DNA of 64,000 bases from the NCBI GenBank assembly GCA_964057225.1, contig OZ059897.1, forward strand, positions 19,592,001 through 19,656,000, written 5' to 3'. A program made the translations under genes and the position numbers. The DNA is from Auanema rhodensis. Lineage: Eukaryota > Animalia > Nematoda. This document shows positions 56,504-64,000 of the stretch, in pieces. The notes under the pieces were generated by a model, which worked only from the letters and a program-made list of their open reading frames with translations, had not been told where the DNA came from and made no database searches. Numbering within the stretch: the stretch's first letter is position 1; each line of letters opens with the position of its first letter.

Positions 56504-59500
56504 TTTGACAAAAATTTTTTCGAAAAATTTCAAAATAATTTAGCAAAAAGTAGATGTTTTTAGATTCCTTTTTTCAAGGCAAAGACGATGGACAATGTTA
56601 TTCAACGAAAAAATTATTTCTTCAGGGTGAAAATCGAGGATATAAGTGTGAACTTATATCAGTTGATATCTCGGTGCATTTTTAAGCTAGCGCAAATCTG
56701 ATAACACAGATCGACGCAGCTTAAAAATCCGGATCGAATGCACTATACTACATTAAGAAACGTTTGATACAAAAATTAGTTATGATCGTTTGAAAAATGA
56801 TGCATTAGTGTATGTTGAGTTTCCATGTACACACAACATTGCTTCCAAAAACATTTTGACAAAAATTTTTTCGAAAAATTTTTAAATAATTTAGCAAAAA
56901 GTAGATGTTTTAAGATTCCATTTTTCAAGGCAAAGACGATGGACAATGTTATTCAACGAAAAAATTAATTCTTCAGGGTGAAAATCGAGGATATAAGTGT
57001 GAACTTATATCAGTTGATATCTCGGTGCATTTTTAAGCTAGCGCAAATCTGATAACACAGATCGACGCAGCTTAAAATTCCGCATCGAATGCACTATACT
57101 ACATTGAGAAACGCTTAATACAAAAATTAGTTATGATCGTTTGAAAAATGATGCATTAGTGTATGTTGAGTTTCCATGTACACTCAACATTGCTTCCAAA
57201 AACATTTTGACAAAAATTTTTTCGAAAAATTTCAAAATAATTTAACAGAAAGTAGATGTTTTTAGATTCCATTTTTCAAGGCAAAGACGATAGACAATGT
57301 TATTCAACGAAAAAATTAATTCTTCAGGGTGAAAATCGAGGATATAAGTGTGAACTTATATCAGTTGATATCTCGGTGCATTTTTAAGCTAGCGCAAATC
57401 TGATAACACAGATCGACGCAGCTTAAAAATCCGCATCGAATGCACTATATTACATTGAGAAACACTTGATACAAAAATCAGTTATGATCGTTTGAAAAAT
57501 GATGCATTAGTGTATGTTGAGTTTCCATGTACACTCAACATTGCTTCCAAAAACATTTTGACAAAAATTTTTTCGAAAAATTTCAAAATAATTTAGCAAA
57601 AAGTAGATGTTTTTAGATTCCATTTTTCAAGGCAAAGACGATAGACAATGTTATTCAACGAAAAAATTAATTCTTCAGGGTGAAAATCGAGGATATAAGT
57701 GTGAACTTATATCAGTTGATATCTCGGTGCATTTTTAAGCTAGCGCAAATCTGATAACACAGATCGACGCAGCTTAAAAATCCGCATCGAATGCACTATA
57801 TTACATTGAGAAACACTTGATACAAAAATTAGTTATGATCGTTTGAAAAATGATGCATTAGTGTATGTTGAGTTTCCATGTACACTCAACATTGCTTCCA
57901 AAAACATTTTGACAAAAATTTTTTCGAAAAATTTCAAAATAATTTAGCAAAAAGTAGATGTTTTTAGATTCCTTTTTTCAAGGCAAAGACGATGGACAAT
58001 GTTATTCAACGAAAAAATTAATTCTTCAGGGTGAAAATCGAGGATATAAGTGTGAACTTATATCAGTTGATATCTCGGTGCATTTTTAAGCTAGCGCAAA
58101 TCTGATAACACAGATCGACGCAGCTTAAAAATCCGCATCGAATGCACTATACTACATTAAGAAACGCTTGATACAAAAATTAGTTATGATCGTTTGAAAA
58201 ATGATGCATTAGTGTATGTTGAGTTTCCATGTACACTCAACATTGCTTCCAAAAACATTTTGACAAAAATTTTTTCGAAAAATTTCAAAATAATTTAGCA
58301 AAAAGTAAATGTTTTTAGATTCCATTTTTCAAGGCAAAGACGATAGACAATGTTATTCAACGAAAAAATTAATTCTTCAGGGTGAAAATCGAGGATATAA
58401 GTGTGAACTTATATCAGTTGATATCTCGGTGCATTTTTAAGCTAGCGCAAATCTGATAACACAGATCGACGCAGCTTAAAAATCCGCATCGAATGCACTA
58501 TATTACATTGAGAAACACTTGATACAAAAATTAGTTATGATCGTTTGAAAAATGATGCATTAGTGTATGTTGAGTTTCCATGTACACTCAACATTGCTTC
58601 CAAAAACATTTTGACAAAAATTTTTTCGAAAAATTTCAAAATAATTTAGCAAAAAGTAGATGTTTTTAGATTCCTTTTTTCAAGGCAAAGACGATGGACA
58701 ATGTTATTCAACGAAAAAATTATTTCTTCAGGGTGAAAATCGAGGATATAAGTGTGAACTTATATCAGTTGATATCTCGGTGCATTTTTAAGCTAGCGCA
58801 AATCTGATAACACAGATCGACGCAGCTTAAAAATCCGGATCGAATGCACTATACTACATTAAGAAACGTTTGATACAAAAATTAGTTATGATCGTTTGAA
58901 AAATGATGCATTAGTGTATGTTGAGTTTCCATGTACACACAACATTGCTTCCAAAAACATTTTGACAAAAATTTTTTCGAAAAATTTCAAAATAATTTAG
59001 CAAAAAGTAGATGTTTTAAGATTCCATTTTTCAAGGCAAAGACGATGGACAATGTTATTCAACGAAAAAATTAATTCTTCAGGGTGAAAATCGAGGATAT
59101 AAGTGTGAACTTATATCAGTTGATATCTCGGTGCATTTTTAAGCTAGCGAAAATCTGATAACACAGATCGACGCAGCTTAAAATTCCGCATCGAATGCAC
59201 TATACTACATTGAGAAACGCTTAATACAAAAATTAGTTATGATCGTTTGAAAAATGATGCATTAGTGTATGTTGAGTTTCCATGTACACTCAACATTGCT
59301 TCCAAAAACATTTTGACAAAAATTTTTTCGAAAAATTTCAAAATAATTTAACAAAAAGTAGATGTTTTTAGATTCCATTTTTCAAGGCAAAGACGATAGA
59401 CAATGTTATTCAACGAAAAAATTAATTCTTCAGGGTGAAAATCGAGGATATAAGTGTGAACTTATATCAGTTGATATCTCGGTGCATTTTTAAGCTAGCG

Positions 59501-59662
59501 CAAATCTGATAACACAGATCGACGCAGCTTAAAAATCCGCATCGAATGCACTATACTACATTGAGAAACGCTTAATACAAAAATTAGTTATGATCGTTTG
59601 AAAAATGATGCATTAGTGTATGTTGAGTTTCCATGTACACTCAACATTGCTTCCAAAAACAT
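56504..59662. repeat. Three-monomer marker block repeated at 6-monomer spacing (2106 bp)
   Basis: AAACGTTTGAT, TACACACAAC, AAAATTCCG and TTTAACA occur in the same order at ~56760-57245 and ~58865-59352. Confidence 0.75.
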
Positions 59663-60715
59663 TTTGACAAAAATTTTTTCGAAAAATTTCAAAATAATTT
59701 AGCAAAAAGTAGATGTTTTTAGATTCCTTTTTTCAAGGCAAAGACGATGGACAATGTTATTCAACGAAAAAATTATTTCTTCAGGGTGAAAATCGAGGAT
59801 ATAAGTGTGAACTTATATCAGTTGATATCTCGGTGCATTTTTAAGCTAGCGCAAATCTGATAACACAGATCGACGCAGCTTAAAAATCCGCATCGAATGC
59901 ACTATATTACATTGAGAAACACTTGATACAAAAATTAGTTATGATCGTTTGAAAAATGATGCATTAGTGTATGTTGAGTTTCCATGTACACTCAACATTG
60001 CTTCCAAAAACATTTTGACAAAAATTTTTTCGAAAAATTTCAAAATAATTTAGCAAAAAGTAGATGTTTTTAGATTCCATTTTTCAAGGCAAAGACGATA
60101 GACAATGTTATTCAACGAAAAAATTAATTCTTCAGGGTGAAAATCGAGGATATAAGTGTGAACTTATATCAGTTGATATCTCGGTGCATTTTTAAGCTAG
60201 CGCAAATCTGATAACACAGATCGACGCAGCTTAAAAATCCGCATCGAATGCACTATACTACATTGAGAAACGCTTAATACAAAAATTAGTTATGATCGTT
60301 TGAAAAATGATGCATTAGTGTATGTTGAGTTTCCATGTACACTCAACATTGCTTCCAAAAACATTTTGACAAAAATTTTTTCGAAAAATTTCAAAATAAT
60401 TTAGCAAAAAGTAGATGTTTTTAGATTCCTTTTTTCAAGGCAAAGACGATGGACAATGTTATTCAACGAAAAAATTATTTCTTCAGGGTGAAAATCGAGG
60501 ATATAAGTGTGAACTTATATCAGTTGATATCTCGGTGCATTTTTAAGCTAGCGCAAATCTGATAACACAGATCGACGCAGCTTAAAAATCCGCATCGAAT
60601 GCACTATATTACATTGAGAAACACTTGATACAAAAATTAGTTATGATCGTTTGAAAAATGATGCATTAGTGTATGTTGAGTTTCCATGTACACTCAACAT
60701 TGCTTCCAAAAACAT

Positions 60716-63700
60716 TTTGACAAAAATTTTTTCGAAAAATTTCAAAATAATTTAGCAAAAAGTAGATGTTTTTAGATTCCATTTTTCAAGGCAAAGACGA
60801 TGGACAATGTTATTCAACGAAAAAATTAATTCTTCAGGGTGAAAATCGAGGATATAAGTGTGAACTTATATCAGTTGATATCTCGGTGCATTTTTAAGCT
60901 AGCGCAAATCTGATAACACAGATCGACGCAGCTTAAAAATCCGGATCGAATGCACTATACTACATTGAAGAACGCTTAATACAAAAATTAGTTATGATCG
61001 TTTGAAAAATGATGCATTAGTGTATGTTGAGTTTCCATGTACACTCAACATTGCTTCCAAAAACATTTTGACAAAAATTTTTTCGAAAAATTTCAAAATA
61101 ATTTAGCAAAAAGTAGATGTTTTTAGATTCCTTTTTTCAAGGCAAAGACGATGGACAATGTTATTCAACGAAAAAATTAATTCTTCAGGGTGAAAATCGA
61201 GGATATAAGTGTGAACTTATATCAGTTGATATCTCGGTGCATTTTTAAGCTAGCGCAAATCTGATAACACAGATCGACGCAACTTAAAAATCCGCATCGA
61301 ATGCACTATACTACATTGAAGAACGCTTAATACAAAAATTAGTTATGATCGTTTGAAAAATGATGCATTAGTGTATGTTGAGTTTCCATGTACACTCAAC
61401 ATTGCTTCCAAAAACATTTTGACAAAAATTTTTTCGAAAAATTTCAAAATAATTTAGCAAAAAGTAGATGTTTTTAGATTCCTTTTTTCAAGGCAAAGAC
61501 GATGGACAATGTTATTCAACGAAAAAATTAATTCTTCAGGGTGAAAATCGAGGATATAAGTGTGAACTTATATCAGTTGATATCTCGGTGCATTTTTAAG
61601 CTAGCGCAAATCTGATAACACAGATCGACGCAGCTTAAAAATCCGCATCGAATGCACTATATTACATTGAGAAACACTTGATACAAAAATTAGTTATGAT
61701 CGTTTGAAAAATGATGCATTAGTGTATGTTGAGTTTCCATGTACACTCAACATTGCTTCCAAAAACATTTTGACAAAAATTTTTTCGAAAAATTTCAAAA
61801 TAATTTAGCAAAAAGTAGATGTTTTTAGATTCCTTTTTTCAAGGCAAAGACGATGGACAATGTTATTCAACGAAAAAATTAATTCTTCAGGGTGAAAATC
61901 GAGGATATAAGTGTGAACTTATATCAGTTGATATCTCGGTGCATTTTTAAGCTAGCGCAAATCTGATAACACAGATCGACGCAGCTTAAAAATCCGCATC
62001 GAATGCACTATACTACATTGAGAAAAGCTTAATACAAAAATTAGTTATGATCGTTTGAAAAATGATGCATTAGTGTATGTTGAGTTTCCATGTACACTCA
62101 ACATTGCTTCCAAAAACATTTTGACAAAAATTTTTTCGAAAAATTTCAAAATAATTTAGCAAAAAGTAGATGTTTTTAGATTCCATTTTTCAAGGCAAAG
62201 ACGATGGACAATGTTATTCAACGAAAAAATTAATTCTTCAGGGTGAAAATCGAGGATATAAGTGTGAACTTATATCAGTTGATATCTCGGTGCATTTTTA
62301 AGCTAGCGCAAATCTGATAACACAGATCGACGCAGCTTAAAAATCCGGATCGAATGCACTATACTACATTGAAGAACGCTTAATACAAAAATTAGTTATG
62401 ATCGTTTGAAAAATGATGCATTAGTGTATGTTGAGTTTCCATGTACACTCAACATTGCTTCCAAAAACATTTTGACAAAAATTTTTTCGAAAAATTTCAA
62501 AATAATTTAGCAAAAAGTAGATGTTTTTAGATTCCTTTTTTCAAGGCAAAGACGATGGACAATGTTATTCAACGAAAAAATTAATTCTTCAGGGTGAAAA
62601 TCGAGGATATAAGTGTGAACTTATATCAGTTGATATCTCGGTGCATTTTTAAGCTAGCGCAAATCTGATAACACAGATCGACGCAACTTAAAAATCCGCA
62701 TCGAATGCACTATACTACATTGAAGAACGCTTAATACAAAAATTAGTTATGATCGTTTGAAAAATGATGCATTAGTGTATGTTGAGTTTCCATGTACACT
62801 CAACATTGCTTCCAAAAACATTTTGACAAAAATTTTTTCGAAAAATTTCAAAATAATTTAGCAAAAAGTAGATGTTTTTAGATTCCATTTTTCAAGGCAA
62901 AGACGATAGACAATGTTATTCAACGAAAAAATTAATTCTTCAGGGTGAAAATCGAGGATATAAGTGTGAACTTATATCAGTTGATATCTCGGTGCATTTT
63001 TAAGCTAGCGCAAATCTGATAACACAGATCGACGCAGCTTAAAAATCCGCATCGAATGCACTATACTACATTGAGAAACGCTTAATACAAAAATTAGTTA
63101 TGATCGTTTGAAAAATGATGCATTAGTGTATGTTGAGTTTCCATGTACACTCAACATTGCTTCCAAAAACATTTTGACAAAAATTTTTTCGAAAAATTTC
63201 AAAATAATTTAGCAAAAAGTAGATGTTTTTAGATTCCTTTTTTCAAGGCAAAGACGATGGACAATGTTATTCAACGAAAAAATTAATTCTTCAGGGTGAA
63301 AATCGAGGATATAAGTGTGAACTTATATCAGTTGATATCTCGGTGCATTTTTAAGCTAGCGCAAATCTGATAACACAGATCGACGCAGCTTAAAAATCCG
63401 GATCGAATGCACTATACTACATTGAAGAACGCTTAATACAAAAATTAGTTATGATCGTTTGAAAAATGATGCATTAGTGTATGTTGAGTTTCCATGTACA
63501 CTCAACATTGCTTCCAAAAACATTTTGACAAAAATTTTTTCGAAAAATTTCAAAATAATTTAGCAAAAAGTAGATGTTTTTAGATTCCTTTTTTCAAGGC
63601 AAAGACGATGGACAATGTTATTCAACGAAAAAATTAATTCTTCAGGGTGAAAATCGAGGATATAAGTGTGAACTTATATCAGTTGATATCTCGGTGCATT

Positions 63701-64000
63701 TTTAAGCTAGCGCAAATCTGATAACACAGATCGACGCAGCTTAAAAATCCGCATCGAATGCACTATACTACATTGAGAAAAGCTTAATACAAAAATTAGT
63801 TATGATCGTTTGAAAAATGATGCATTAGTGTATGTTGAGTTTCCATGTACACTCAACATTGCTTCCAAAAACATTTTGACAAAAATTTTTTCGAAAAATT
63901 TCAAAATAATTTAGCAAAAAGTAGATGTTTTTAGATTCCATTTTTCAAGGCAAAGACGATGGACAATGTTATTCAACGAAAAAATTAATTCTTCAGGGTG
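60716..64000. repeat. Terminal variant domain with a 4-monomer (1404 bp) repeat
   Basis: TTGAAGAACGC seen only here (~60966, 61317, 62369, 62720, 63422). CGCAACTT variant at 61281 and 62685. Confidence 0.78.

Larger units (their letters stand above)
1..64000. repeat. Tandem satellite DNA array, 351-bp monomer, 182 full copies plus 126 bp; runs off both window edges; probably centromeric/pericentromeric heterochromatin
   Basis: TTTGACAAAAATTTTTTCGAAAAA recurs at 1, 352, 703, ... and finally at 63875 (=1+182x351-8). Column register repeats every 7020 bp (20x351), e.g. 9131/16151/23171/30191 and 34741/41761/48781. No unique sequence or inversion seen. The centromeric location is inference only. 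Confidence 0.99.

Noticed and set aside
1-64000. CRISPR array
   Set aside because: No unique spacers and no cas genes; the entire 351-bp unit repeats.

Overview
The whole 64-kb window is one uninterrupted head-to-tail tandem array of a 351-bp AT-rich satellite monomer (about 31% GC by hand count). It holds 182 complete copies plus a 126-bp partial copy, all in one orientation. Monomers differ from the consensus at only a handful of positions. I found six length changes: four +1 A insertions, one 13-bp deletion at ~33361 and one net +1 rearrangement at ~50188; together they explain the final register offset of -8 exactly. There are no supportable genes, RNA genes, transposons or CRISPR arrays, and the single ORF in the track is a chance stop-codon read-through. 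The layout is typical of eukaryotic centromeric or pericentromeric satellite DNA; I cannot name the species or satellite family. The interest lies in the internal structure. The monomer is built largely from nested inverted repeats, and variants fall in two hypervariable patches between near-invariant blocks. Those variants reveal local 4-, 5- and 6-mer higher-order repeats, a ~5-kb block duplicated 13.7 kb away, and apparent exchange breakpoints inside the hairpin core. I see no evidence for a novel coding system. All coordinates and counts were read by eye.
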